A stretch of 64,000 nucleotides of DNA from Oscillospiraceae bacterium (GCA_015065295.1 SVQN01000004.1:3047-67046), one strand, 5' to 3'; positions 55,015 through 64,000 are shown, counted from the first letter of the stretch. Program-made: numbers and translations. Notes: generated from the sequence alone by a model not told the origin.

Positions 55015-56514
55015 TTATTCGCCGATCAGGTCTTTCAGAGTTCTTTCCATCATCTTGCTGATGACTTTCTTCTGGGAGGCGAAGGTGGAAGCGGGTTCCT
55101 GACCGTTCAGGACGATGTTCTGGACAGCGGTGGATGCGCCGAAGGAGAATGCGTGTTCCAGTTCGTAGGAACGGTTGTCGATGACGAGGTCGAGCATTTC
55201 GATGGATTCCTTGTCGCGGAGATACTTCATGGAGAGCGCGGTTTCGTAGTATGCCGGACGGAGAACTTCACGGGACTTCGCGGACATAGCTTCCAGAATG
55301 AAGGAGCTGTCGTCTACGCTGCCTGCGCTGATCGGAATGGTGGCGTAGGAACCAACGAACCATACGACGTTGCGGTAGTTTTCCTGCTGTTCGTCATACT
55401 TCGGGCAGGGAGCGATACCGAAGTCGGTTTCCATTTCGCGGAGACGGATGACCATCTGGAGGTTGGTGATCCAGAACAGACCGCGGTTTTCTTCAAACAT
55501 CTTGGTGGTACAGAGGTGGTAGCCTTCGCTGCCGTAGTTGTGGTAGTTCAGGGAGACGTTGGTGTCGTTCATGAACTGGGAGAGATCCTTCAGAATGCCG
55601 TATACGCGTTCGTCGCCTTCAAGAGCAAAGACCGGCATATCGTTTTCGTCCTTGTCGATGAGGTGGTAGCCGGAGGTTACGAGCATCGCGGTTGCGTTTT
55701 CGTTCTGGGTCAGGTTGGCGATGGAGTCCTTGGAGTCGAGGTCGCCGTCACCGTCCAGGTCGATGGACGCGCCGGTGCAGAGGGTCTTGTAGGTGTCGAA
55801 CGTCCATTCGTCGTTTGCTACATAGTAGTAGGGAGTTTCAAAGCCGTGATCCTGAAGCACCTGAAGGTTAATCATGGTACACCACGTTGCGTCGTTGTTC
55901 AGCGTGCTGATGTCACCGGAAACCATGTAGAGCTTGTTCGCAATGCTGAGGTCGGCGATGGAACGCTGGTCCCACCATGCACGTTCAAGGTTCATGTGGG
56001 TCGCGTCTGCCATGAGGTCGGTGAGATAGCCGTTCTTGAGGAGAACACCGGCCTGATCGAGCGGGGGCATTGCAACGTCGTAGGTGGAGTCGCCCGCCGT
56101 TACCGCGTTCTGGATGGTCGGAACGAGAACGCCGTTGTCGCATTCGACTGCGGCGATATTTGCATTGTAGGTTTCGCCGACGTAGGAGTTCCGGTTGAAT
56201 ACCGCGTCGTTGAGAACTTCACCGGTCAGACTTTCGACCCAGATGCTTCCTTCCGCCCAGTCGGTGAAGGATGCCTTGGACTTGGTTGCGAAGGTAAAGG
56301 TCTTGCCGTCGAAATCCTTTTCGCCGAGTTCGGGGTCGAAGGATTCGCCTTCCTCTTCTTCAGCGACGACTTCGTCACCGGCAGAGGGAGTTTCAACATC
56401 GGATGCGGTGGTTTCACCGGCGGTGGGAGCGGCGTTGTCGGTGCTTTCCGAGCACGCGATCATGGAGGATGCCAGCATCAGCAGAGCGAGCATCAGACAG
56501 AACTTCTTTTTCAT
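55015..56514 (-). CDS. extracellular solute-binding lipoprotein (SBP paralog 6)
   Basis: 499 aa, lipobox MIAC, DLDGDGDLDSKDS loop. Confidence 0.85.
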   Translation of the reverse strand: MKKKFCLMLALLMLASSMIACSESTDNAAPTAGETTASDVETPSAGDEVVAEEEEGESFDPELGEKDFDGKTFTFATKSKASFTDWAEGSIWVESLTGEVLNDAVFNRNSYVGETYNANIAAVECDNGVLVPTIQNAVTAGDSTYDVAMPPLDQAGVLLKNGYLTDLMADATHMNLERAWWDQRSIADLSIANKLYMVSGDISTLNNDATWCTMINLQVLQDHGFETPYYYVANDEWTFDTYKTLCTGASIDLDGDGDLDSKDSIANLTQNENATAMLVTSGYHLIDKDENDMPVFALEGDERVYGILKDLSQFMNDTNVSLNYHNYGSEGYHLCTTKMFEENRGLFWITNLQMVIRLREMETDFGIAPCPKYDEQQENYRNVVWFVGSYATIPISAGSVDDSSFILEAMSAKSREVLRPAYYETALSMKYLRDKESIEMLDLVIDNRSYELEHAFSFGASTAVQNIVLNGQEPASTFASQKKVISKMMERTLKDLIGE

Positions 56515-56572
56515 GATGAGAAGAATCTCCTTTGATTTTTAAGAATATATGTAAAAATGTTGGGAAACGGGA

Positions 56573-58258
56573 TCAGGTATTCTGCTCGGCGCGAATCCGG
56601 CGCAGACGTTTCATCACGTCATTTCCGCCGCGTCCGAACAGATCGTGAAGAAGGGCATATTCCGCGTACAGGCGTTCGTAAACCGCCTGATTTTCCGGAA
56701 TCGGACGGTAAACCCTGTCCGACAGACTGCCCATGGCATTTGCCGCATCGTCAAGGGAATCGTAACCTCCGGCTTCCGCTCCTGCCGCACACGCCGCGAA
56801 AATCGCTCCGCCGAGGGACGGACACTGCGCGGAACCGGCAATGCGGAATTCCAGACCGGTCACATCCGCGTAAATCTGCATGATGAACGGATTTTTGACG
56901 GCGATTCCTCCGGCTGCACGGATTTCGTTCACGGGAACGCCGTGTTCGCGGTAGTTTTCGATAATCATCCGGGTTCCGTAAGCGGTCGCTTCCACGAGGG
57001 CGCGGAACAGGTCTTCCGGACGGGTGTTCAGATTCATGCCGATGAACAGGCCGGAGAGGTCGAAATCGGCTAAAACGCTGCGGTTGCCGTTCCACCAGTC
57101 GAGCGCGAGAATGCCGGACTGTCCGGGCTTCTGTGCGGCGGCTTTTTCGGTGAGCAGGGCAATGGGGGAAAGTCCGCGTTCGGCGGCTTCGTCACGGTAT
57201 CCGGCGGGACAGAGATTGTCCGCGAACCACGCGAAATGGTCTCCGACGCAGGTCTGACCGGCTTCGTAGCCGTAAAATCCGGGGATCAGACCGTCTTTGA
57301 CCACGCCGCAGATTCCGGAAACGGGAAGCGGTTCTTCGGAAACGAGCATGTGAACGCTCGAGGTTCCCATGACCATCGCCATCTGACCGGGAGCGGTCAC
57401 TTTCAGCGAAGGAGCCGTAACGTGCGCGTCGGAAACGGCAGCGGCAACGGCAATACCCGCACGCAGACCGAACCGTGCGGCGGCCTTTTCGGAAAGACGT
57501 CCGGCGAGGGTACCGACAGGGGTGACGGAACCGGAAAGTTTGTTCTGGAAAATATGGGCAAGACGCGGGTCGAGTTCGTTCAGAAAATCGGGAGAGGGAT
57601 ACGCGCCGTCCTGATACAATGCCTTGTAGCCGGTGACGCAGGAGTTGCGGGTGAGATTGCCCGTGAGCTGCCAGACGATCCAGTCGCCGGCATCCACGAA
57701 ATAATCGGCGGAGTCGTAAACATCGGGAGCCTTGTCGAGGGTTTCCCAGACCTTCGGCAGCATCCATTCACTGGAAACGCGGCCGCCGTATCGTGCCAGC
57801 CATGCTTCGCCGCGCCGGACGGCAAGATCGGTGATGCGGTCGGCATACGGTTCGCCGCCGTGATGCTTCCACAGCTTGACGTAGGCGTGCGGGTTGTCCG
57901 CGAAGCGTTCGTCGGGGAGGAGGCAGAGGGGCGTGCCGGTTTTGTCCGTGGGGATGAGGGTGCAGGTCGTGAAATCCACGCCGATGCCGATGATATCGTC
58001 GGCGGAAACACCGCATTTGTCCAGCAGGGCGGGAAGAATGTGATCGAGAGCGTCAAAGTAGTCCTGCGGATGCTGGAGGGCGAAATCCGGCGGGAGCTTG
58101 ACCTTGCCGTGCGGGGTGACGAGGGTCTCGTCCATGACGGCATGAGGGTAATCGAACACGGTGGTGCCGATTTCCGCCCCGTCGGACGTTCTCACCAGGA
58201 GGGCACGCGCGGAAAGGGTCCCGAAATCGAGACCGATGGTATAGGACATTCGTTCCAT
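56573..58258 (-). CDS. araB: ribulokinase (FGGY carbohydrate kinase)
   Basis: 561 aa with the FGGY N-terminus YTIGLDFGTLSARALLV. The length is typical of AraB. Confidence 0.8.
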   Translation of the reverse strand: MERMSYTIGLDFGTLSARALLVRTSDGAEIGTTVFDYPHAVMDETLVTPHGKVKLPPDFALQHPQDYFDALDHILPALLDKCGVSADDIIGIGVDFTTCTLIPTDKTGTPLCLLPDERFADNPHAYVKLWKHHGGEPYADRITDLAVRRGEAWLARYGGRVSSEWMLPKVWETLDKAPDVYDSADYFVDAGDWIVWQLTGNLTRNSCVTGYKALYQDGAYPSPDFLNELDPRLAHIFQNKLSGSVTPVGTLAGRLSEKAAARFGLRAGIAVAAAVSDAHVTAPSLKVTAPGQMAMVMGTSSVHMLVSEEPLPVSGICGVVKDGLIPGFYGYEAGQTCVGDHFAWFADNLCPAGYRDEAAERGLSPIALLTEKAAAQKPGQSGILALDWWNGNRSVLADFDLSGLFIGMNLNTRPEDLFRALVEATAYGTRMIIENYREHGVPVNEIRAAGGIAVKNPFIMQIYADVTGLEFRIAGSAQCPSLGGAIFAACAAGAEAGGYDSLDDAANAMGSLSDRVYRPIPENQAVYERLYAEYALLHDLFGRGGNDVMKRLRRIRAEQNT

Positions 58259-58378
58259 AGTGATGAGAGAATTCCTTTATTAGATAATAGTCCGGATAAC
58301 ATTATACTCCATTTTTGTATAGAAGTCAAGGAAACCGGAAAGAAACTTTTTTGAAAAGAGAAAAGCAACTGAAAACAG

Positions 58379-58407
58379 TTGCAAAAAACAGGGGGATGTG
58401 ATATACT
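58379..58407 (+). promoter_or_regulatory. Putative hicAB promoter
   Basis: TTGCAA-17 nt-TATACT. The -35 element overlaps the hairpin GCAACTG-AAAA-CAGTTGC. Confidence 0.5.
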
Positions 58408-58422
58408 ATATATTGCAAACGA

Positions 58423-58692
58423 ATGGAGGATGGGATTGTGGGACAAAAAGAAAAACTGATCCGCCGCCTGTTGTCGAAACCGAAGGATTTTACTTTTGAC
58501 GAAGTGGAAACCCTTCTTCGGTATTTGGATTATCATAGGTCGGATAAAGGAAGAACCAGTGGTTCGCGGGTTATGTTTACCAGTGAAAAGCACGCGCCGA
58601 TCATGATGCATAAACCGCATCCGCGGAAAGAATTATTGGAATATCAGATCAGGCAATTGATTGAGATTCTGAAACAGGAGGGATTGCTGTGA
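58423..58692 (+). CDS. hicA: HicA-family toxin (type II TA)
   Basis: ~85-89 aa with KDFTFDEVETLLRYLDY...GRTSGSRVMF...HKPHP. The start may be GTG 58438, after GGAGG. Overlaps hicB (GTGA). Confidence 0.75.
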   Translation: MEDGIVGQKEKLIRRLLSKPKDFTFDEVETLLRYLDYHRSDKGRTSGSRVMFTSEKHAPIMMHKPHPRKELLEYQIRQLIEILKQEGLL

Positions 58693-59027
58693 ATAATACA
58701 ATGGAATACAAGGGGTATCTCGGCAGTGTGGAATTTTCCGAGGAAGACGGAGTTTTTTACGGAAAAGTTATGGGAATCCGTGCATTGATTTCTTATGAAG
58801 GAACGAATGCCCGCGAATTGGTTGAGGATTTTCACGGCGCAGTGGAGGATTATCTGGAATTGTGTGCTGCGGAGGGCAGGGAACCGGAAAAAGCCTACAA
58901 GGGCAGCTTCAATGTCCGGATTTCGCCGGAACTCCATAAGCAGGCGGTGATTTTTGCGGCGGCGCATCAGATGTCACTGAACAGCTTTGTAGAACACGCA
59001 ATGCGGCTTTCGCTTGCGGAACAATAA
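58689..59027 (+). CDS. hicB: HicB-family antitoxin
   Basis: 112 aa with YKGYLGSVEFSEEDGVFYGKV...GTNARELVEDFHGAVEDYLELC and an RHH-like C-terminus. Confidence 0.8.
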   Translation: MNNTMEYKGYLGSVEFSEEDGVFYGKVMGIRALISYEGTNARELVEDFHGAVEDYLELCAAEGREPEKAYKGSFNVRISPELHKQAVIFAAAHQMSLNSFVEHAMRLSLAEQ

Positions 59028-59046
59028 TCGAACGGGAGTCAAAATC

Positions 59047-59571
59047 ATGAGCGTAATCTTCCTCACCGGGGCACCCGGTACCGGCAAATCCACCGTTGCG
59101 GCGATGCTTCACGAACGTCTGAAATGTCCGTGGTTTGAGTTCGGATGGATTCCGGAGTTCCGGAACCTCAATCCGCATACCGAAATTTCCTATGAGGACG
59201 AGGAACGGATGTCGTTTGAAAATCTCATGCTCGTCACGGAGAATTATCTCCGGCACGGGTTTGAAACCGTGATCCTGACCGACATCCGCGAGGAATTCAC
59301 GGACGAAGTGCGGGCAAAATTCGGCGATCGTGTGTGGGTGATTGTCCTGTACAGTACGTCCGACGAGGTGATCCGCGAACGGGTTCTCGGACGCGACAAC
59401 GGGAACGAATACCGTAATGCCGACGAAGCCGTCGAAATCAACCGCCGTTTTCTCGAACGTGCGCCGCGCGAAGGTGAAATCCGCGTCCGCTGCAATGACG
59501 TGACTGCGGAGGAAGTCGCACAGTGCATTCTCGATGCCCTTTCAATAGCAGAAAAGCCGTTACAGATGTAA
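59047..59571 (+). CDS. P-loop NTPase / small-molecule kinase-like (AAA_33-like)
   Basis: 174 aa from ATG 59047 (GGGAG RBS). Walker A GAPGTGKST. Confidence 0.65.
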   Translation: MSVIFLTGAPGTGKSTVAAMLHERLKCPWFEFGWIPEFRNLNPHTEISYEDEERMSFENLMLVTENYLRHGFETVILTDIREEFTDEVRAKFGDRVWVIVLYSTSDEVIRERVLGRDNGNEYRNADEAVEINRRFLERAPREGEIRVRCNDVTAEEVAQCILDALSIAEKPLQM

Positions 59572-59585
59572 CGGCTTTTGAACGT

Positions 59586-60374
59586 TCAGAAGAGTTCGTC
59601 AAGCAGGCGGTAATAGCGGAGAAGTTCGCGGTCGGGCGTGATTCCGAGAGCGTCGAACAGCCGGTCGGGATCAAAACCTTCGCGGACCCTGCCGCCGTAG
59701 GAACCGTTCATGTTCCACGTCAGGCTGCGGTGACAGAGAGAAATGTCCTGATACGGGTCGGCGATTCCGCTGTCCCCGAGGTCGATGAAGCCGGAAAGAC
59801 GGCCGTTTTCCGCGAAAATATTCGGCAGACAGTAGTCTCCATGGGACAATACGGGTGTTTCCGATGGACGGTTGTCGTACAGCCACGCGAGCAGATGTTC
59901 CGGAGAGGCGAATCCGCCGGGGCCGAACGTTGCAGGATCGACGGCATTCACGTCCACCTGACCGTTCACGACATGACGTTCCGCCGCCATCAGATGACGG
60001 TCGAGACGGCTGTCGCACGGACATCCGGAAATATCAGTTTTCCACAGGATGTGCATCCCTTCCGCGAGGATTTCAAGAAGAACGTCCGCGTTGTCGAGAT
60101 ATTCGTCCGCGCAGGACATTTTCCCTGGAACGCGCGACATCAGGAGATACCGCATCCCGTCGGAAACCTGCGCGTGAAGCACCTGCGGAGCGGGGAGATT
60201 TTTCGATGCCATCCACGAGAGCATGGAGACTTCGCGGTCGTGCGCGTCGGAGTATGCGCCGATTTTCAGCACCATGTCGTCGAAACAGAGTACCTGAGAG
60301 CCGGACATTCCCACGTTGTCAAGGGTGTACGGACGGTCTCCGAGGAGAGTCCGGAGTTCAGTCGGAAGGAACAT
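59586..60374 (-). CDS. aminoglycoside 3'-phosphotransferase-family kinase, APH(3')-like
   Basis: 262 aa with SHGDYCLPNIF, GFIDLGDSGIADPYQD and the C-terminus YYRLLDELF, as in APH(3') enzymes. The ATG overlaps the SBP7 stop (TAATG). Confidence 0.82.
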   Translation of the reverse strand: MFLPTELRTLLGDRPYTLDNVGMSGSQVLCFDDMVLKIGAYSDAHDREVSMLSWMASKNLPAPQVLHAQVSDGMRYLLMSRVPGKMSCADEYLDNADVLLEILAEGMHILWKTDISGCPCDSRLDRHLMAAERHVVNGQVDVNAVDPATFGPGGFASPEHLLAWLYDNRPSETPVLSHGDYCLPNIFAENGRLSGFIDLGDSGIADPYQDISLCHRSLTWNMNGSYGGRVREGFDPDRLFDALGITPDRELLRYYRLLDELF

Positions 60375-61867
60375 TATTCTTCAATAAAATTCTTAATCAT
60401 TCGTTCGTAGGTCTTGTCCATGACCTTCTGCTTGGAGGTGAATTTGGAAGCATACGCGCCGGGATCCTTGAAGAGGTCGGAAAGCTGCCATGTCCAGCCG
60501 TTCCATCCGCAGTAGAGGTACGCGAAGTCCATGACGCGGCTGTCGAGGACAATCTGCATCATTTCCACGGATTCTTCGTCGCGGGCAACCTTGGTCTGGA
60601 GCGAAACGTCAACGAACGCGGGAACGACGTTGTTCGTGGAGTACGCGGACATCGCTTCGATCAGCGCGCCGGTCATTTCGGGATTCTTGATGACGACCGG
60701 AACGGAAATGCAGTTGCATCCTGCGTCGCAGAGGGTTGCGTAGGATTCCTGTGCGGGATCGTTCTTCGGAAGGGGAAGAACGCCGAACGTGCCTTCGAAA
60801 TCGCGTGCGTGACCGTAATAGTGGTGGAGCTGCGCCGGTGCGAAGACTGCGATCTGCTGCATCATCGCGTACAGCGGGTAGCTGTGGCCGTTGAAGACGG
60901 TGCTTCCCGCCTGATTGTTCAGTTCGTAGAACTTTTCGGCAACTTTCTGGGCTTCTTCGGAGCCGAGCAGATGTTCCATGGTGTAGTCTTCGTTGATCTT
61001 CATGAACCGCAGACCCGCACCGTAGATGAGAGCCGCACCCTTGCATCCGTCGATGCCGTTGGAACCCATCGTGAAGCCGTAGCGGTCGCCTTCGTCGCGC
61101 ACACCGTCGCCGTTGATGTCGATGTAGATTTCGGAAGTGATTTCCTTCAGCTTGTCAATCGTCCATTCGCCTTCGCGGACGAGGTCATAGAGATTTTCGA
61201 TGCCCATGTCCGTGGCGATGTCCTTGTTGAAGCACATCGACCAGGTCTGACCGACGTAGCTGATGCAGAGGTCGCTTACCATCAGGTAGAGCTTGTCGTT
61301 CAGGGACGCGGATTCGATAACGGACGCGGGATACCATCTCTGGGTAAAATCGAGGTGGGGAATCTCGCTGAGGTTCATGTAATTCCCGTTCAGCGCGTCC
61401 GACGAGGTCTGGGCAAGCTGATTGAGGATGATATCGTAGGCAGGGTCGCCTGCCTGAACGGTCGCCTTGACAGTGTTGGAAACCGTCGTGTAGTCGGTGG
61501 CGAGTGGTTCCGCGAAGGAGACGTTGAAGCGTTCTTCCATTGCGGCGTTCCGGTTGTAGATCGCGTCGTTGACTACTTCGCCGGTGATTTCTTCGCTGGC
61601 AATGTCGCTGCATCCGTCGCTCTTCTGTCCGGCGATGGTAACGGTCTCGCCGCCGAAATCAAGTTCCGGAACATTGTCGGTGAGAACTTCTTCGGTTTCC
61701 GTCTCGGTTTCTTCGGCGATCACTTCGACCTCGGAGGAAACCTCTCCGGAGGTGGGAGCCGTCTCATCCGAACCGGTACCGGATTCACTGCACGAGGTCA
61801 GAACCGGATTTGCCAGCATGAGCAGCGTCAGAAAAAAGGAAAGTTTACGCAGAGCAGTTGTTTTCAT
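60374..61867 (-). CDS. extracellular solute-binding lipoprotein (SBP paralog 7)
   Basis: Start at ATG 61867 (MKTTALRKLSFF...LTSC lipobox). The track ORF (to 61945) reads into Rep-1 copy J. DINGDGVRDEGDRYG loop. Confidence 0.85.
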   Translation of the reverse strand: MKTTALRKLSFFLTLLMLANPVLTSCSESGTGSDETAPTSGEVSSEVEVIAEETETETEEVLTDNVPELDFGGETVTIAGQKSDGCSDIASEEITGEVVNDAIYNRNAAMEERFNVSFAEPLATDYTTVSNTVKATVQAGDPAYDIILNQLAQTSSDALNGNYMNLSEIPHLDFTQRWYPASVIESASLNDKLYLMVSDLCISYVGQTWSMCFNKDIATDMGIENLYDLVREGEWTIDKLKEITSEIYIDINGDGVRDEGDRYGFTMGSNGIDGCKGAALIYGAGLRFMKINEDYTMEHLLGSEEAQKVAEKFYELNNQAGSTVFNGHSYPLYAMMQQIAVFAPAQLHHYYGHARDFEGTFGVLPLPKNDPAQESYATLCDAGCNCISVPVVIKNPEMTGALIEAMSAYSTNNVVPAFVDVSLQTKVARDEESVEMMQIVLDSRVMDFAYLYCGWNGWTWQLSDLFKDPGAYASKFTSKQKVMDKTYERMIKNFIEE

Positions 61868-61911
61868 AATGTAGTTTAACCTTTCATGGAAAATCCCCTG
61901 TCCATTTATAT

Positions 61912-61986
61912 GAAAAGGTTTTTGGAATGGGGTTACAAGTTGCAAAGCAACTTGGGGAAACCTTTTTCCTTAAAAAAGGTTTCCCC
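61912..61986 (-). repeat. Rep-1 copy J (with extra inserted hairpin)
   Basis: Carries an extra hairpin CAAGTTGC-AAA-GCAACTTG between tail and stem. Located between the fucI stop and the SBP7 start. Confidence 0.85.
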
Positions 61987-62002
61987 GAAAAATTTTATTC
62001 AC

Positions 62003-63814
62003 TTAAATCGTTCTCTTGAACTGAGGACCGTAGGTGGCGCAAGCGCGGTAGTCTGCGCCTTCCTTGTCCATGCCGAATGCGTTCCATGCAGCCGGACGGA
62101 AGATCTTTTCGGTCGGTACGTTGTGCATTGCAACCGGGATGCGGAGGATGGAGCAGAGGGTGATGAGGTCTGCGCCGATGTGGCCGTAGCTGATCGCGCC
62201 GTGGTTTGCGCCCCAGTTGTTCATGACGTCATACGCGGTCTTGAACGGGGAGCCTTCCTTGCCGTCGCAGCGCGGTGCGAACCATGTGCACGGCCAGGTG
62301 TAGTCGGTTCTCTTCCAGAGAGTGTCGGTAACTTCGTCGGGAAGATTTACGGTCCAGCCTTCGGCGATCTGGAGAACCGGGCCGAGACCCTGTACGAGGT
62401 TCAGACGGATCATGGTGCAGGGCATTTCTGCCTTGGTTACGAAACGGGAGGAGTAGCCGCCGCCGCGGAAGTAGCCGAGGTCAGCGAAGTTCCATGTGGT
62501 GTTTTCCATGATGGCCTTCTGGTCCGCTTCGGTTACGTTGTACCATTCCTTGATGAGGGCGTTGCCGTTTTCGTCCTTTGCTTCCGCATTGGCGTCCACG
62601 CAGCACGCGCCGGAATTGATGAGGTGGATGAAGCCGCCGTTTTCGAGGGCTACGCCGTCTACGTCATAGCCGGTCGCTCTCTTGACTGCTTCGGGGCTCC
62701 AGTAGGTACGAACGTCAGCGAACATCTGCGGACGGTTGGTGAGGAGCTTCATGAAGAGCATGCCGAGACCGTTGAGAACGTCGTTTTCGGTAGCGAGGAT
62801 GTAGGGTTCGCGCGCGCCGTTCCAGTCGAAGGAGGAGTTGAGCATTGCTTCCGGGAAGTCGCAGTTCGGATAGAAGTCCGTCCACTGTCTCTGACCCTGG
62901 AAACCTGCGGCGATGGCGTTGTGGCCGACCATTTCTTCTTCGCAGCCTTCGGGGAGGTTCTGGTTGCCGTTCATGAGGTCCTTGATGATGACCATCATCT
63001 TAACGACGAATTCCCACTGAGCGTCCTTTTCTTCGCGGGACTTCTGCATATCTTCGGGGTTCTTGTCGAAGCCTTCGATTGCGTTTGCCTTGACCCATGC
63101 CATTGCCTTTTCGAATTCGGCCTTGTCATAGATTTCTTCGGTCATGCGGCGGATGATTTCCACTTCGTCAACGGATTCGACGCGCATACCGAGGTATTCT
63201 TCGATGAACTTGGAGTCGATGATGGAGCCGCCGATGCCCATGCAGATGGAGCCGATCTGGAGGTAGGACTTGCCGCGCATGGTCGCAGCAGCAACCGCCG
63301 CGCGTGCGAAGCGGAGCATCTTTTCCTTGACGTCTTCGGGCATATCGGTCACTTCGTCAAGATTCTGAACGTCGTGACCGTAGATGCCGAACGCCGGGAG
63401 ACCCTTCTGCGCGTGGGTAGCGAGAACGGAAGCGAGGTAAACCGCACCGGGTCTTTCGGTACCGTTGAAGCCCCATACCGCCTTGATGGTATTGGGATCC
63501 TGGTCCATGGTTTCGGAGCCGTAGCACCAGCAGGGAGTAACGGTGATGGTGATGTCAACGCCTTCCTTCTTGAACTTGGAAGCGCAGGCAGCAGCTTCGC
63601 CGACACGGCCGATGGTGGTGTCCGCGATGATAACCTTCACGGGTTCGCCGTTGGAGTACTTGAGATTTTCGGTGAGGAGCTTCTGAGCGGCCTTTGCCAT
63701 GGCCATGGTCTGGTCTTCGAGGGATTCACGAACCTTCAGGGGGCCGCGTCTGCCGTCGATGGTGGGGCGGATACCGATTACGGGATAATCGCCGACAAGT
63801 CTGGATGTTGCCAT
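62003..63814 (-). CDS. fucI: L-fucose isomerase
   Basis: 603 aa from ATG 63814. [33 protein letters not shown] parallels the E. coli FucI N-terminus. The track ORF (to 63901) reads through Rep-1 copy K. Confidence 0.92.
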   Translation of the reverse strand: MATSRLVGDYPVIGIRPTIDGRRGPLKVRESLEDQTMAMAKAAQKLLTENLKYSNGEPVKVIIADTTIGRVGEAAACASKFKKEGVDITITVTPCWCYGSETMDQDPNTIKAVWGFNGTERPGAVYLASVLATHAQKGLPAFGIYGHDVQNLDEVTDMPEDVKEKMLRFARAAVAAATMRGKSYLQIGSICMGIGGSIIDSKFIEEYLGMRVESVDEVEIIRRMTEEIYDKAEFEKAMAWVKANAIEGFDKNPEDMQKSREEKDAQWEFVVKMMVIIKDLMNGNQNLPEGCEEEMVGHNAIAAGFQGQRQWTDFYPNCDFPEAMLNSSFDWNGAREPYILATENDVLNGLGMLFMKLLTNRPQMFADVRTYWSPEAVKRATGYDVDGVALENGGFIHLINSGACCVDANAEAKDENGNALIKEWYNVTEADQKAIMENTTWNFADLGYFRGGGYSSRFVTKAEMPCTMIRLNLVQGLGPVLQIAEGWTVNLPDEVTDTLWKRTDYTWPCTWFAPRCDGKEGSPFKTAYDVMNNWGANHGAISYGHIGADLITLCSILRIPVAMHNVPTEKIFRPAAWNAFGMDKEGADYRACATYGPQFKRTI

Positions 63815-63855
63815 TATGATAATTCCTTTCGAGAATAAGATTTGGGATTTTTCTC

Positions 63856-63909
63856 GGGGAAAACTTTTTTGAAAAAAAGATTTTCCCCGAACCCCTTTCA
63901 AAAAACTTC
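63856..63909 (+). repeat. Rep-1 copy K
   Basis: GGGGAAAACTTTTTTGAAAAAAAGATTTTCCCC-GAA-CCCCTTTCAAAAAACTTC. Upstream of fucI. Confidence 0.9.
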
Positions 63910-64000
63910 AGACAAATGAATTGACAGGGGTTGTCCAATGTTTTTGAAGAGGGGCGGACGAATCGCTTTCTGTAGGGAATTATACCATGAGTGACGGCAA

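Noticed and set aside
58335-58368. GGAAAGAAACTTTTTTGAAAAGAGAAAAG as a thirteenth Rep-1 copy.
   Set aside because: Only the loop-like A/T core matches. It has no GGGG/CCCC clamps, no complementary arm and no tail.
9224-63909. Rep-1 or Rep-2 copies as a degenerate CRISPR array.
   Set aside because: The copies are kilobases apart, in both orientations and separated by genes. There is no regular repeat-spacer periodicity and there are no cas genes.
63921-64000. A possible promoter (TTGACA at 63921) and the start of a plus-strand gene (ATG 63987) at the right edge.
   Set aside because: No acceptable -10 lies at 17 nt. Only 14 nt of putative coding sequence are visible, which is too little to support a call.

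Overview
High-GC Firmicutes-type chromosome segment. Lipobox lipoproteins, sigma-A style TTGACA-17-TATAAT promoters and the DUF512-der-plsY gene order suggest Clostridia/Oscillospirales; that placement is inference. I support 53 CDS. They include a pyrimidine operon (pyrC-carA-carB-pyrK-pyrD-pyrF, minus strand), housekeeping genes (mtnN, nadE, trxB, der, plsY, trpS) and many cytoplasmic sugar-catabolic enzymes (fucI, araB, nanA, two BNR/sialidase proteins, a GH127-like enzyme, an aldolase/SDR fusion). There are also several regulators (AraC, LysR, BlaI/BlaR1-like, four XRE), a hicAB pair, two APH-fold kinases, and seven paralogous ~500-aa solute-binding lipoproteins. No ABC permease or ATPase gene occurs anywhere in the window. 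I saw no rRNA, tRNA, CRISPR array, transposase or integrase. The most unusual signal is non-coding: two abundant structured repeat families sit at most gene boundaries. Rep-1 (12 copies) is a GGGGAAAAC...GTTTTCCCC hairpin plus a tail. Rep-2 (9 copies) is a ~105-125 bp palindrome built from 7-nt-spaced CTAAGG units, and it supplies stop codons in all three frames on both strands. One convergent intergenic region (51743-52298) holds two inverted Rep-1 copies around a ~380 nt highly structured non-coding cargo. All protein calls rest on motifs I recognise by eye, with no database search. Repeat coordinates are +/- a few nt.
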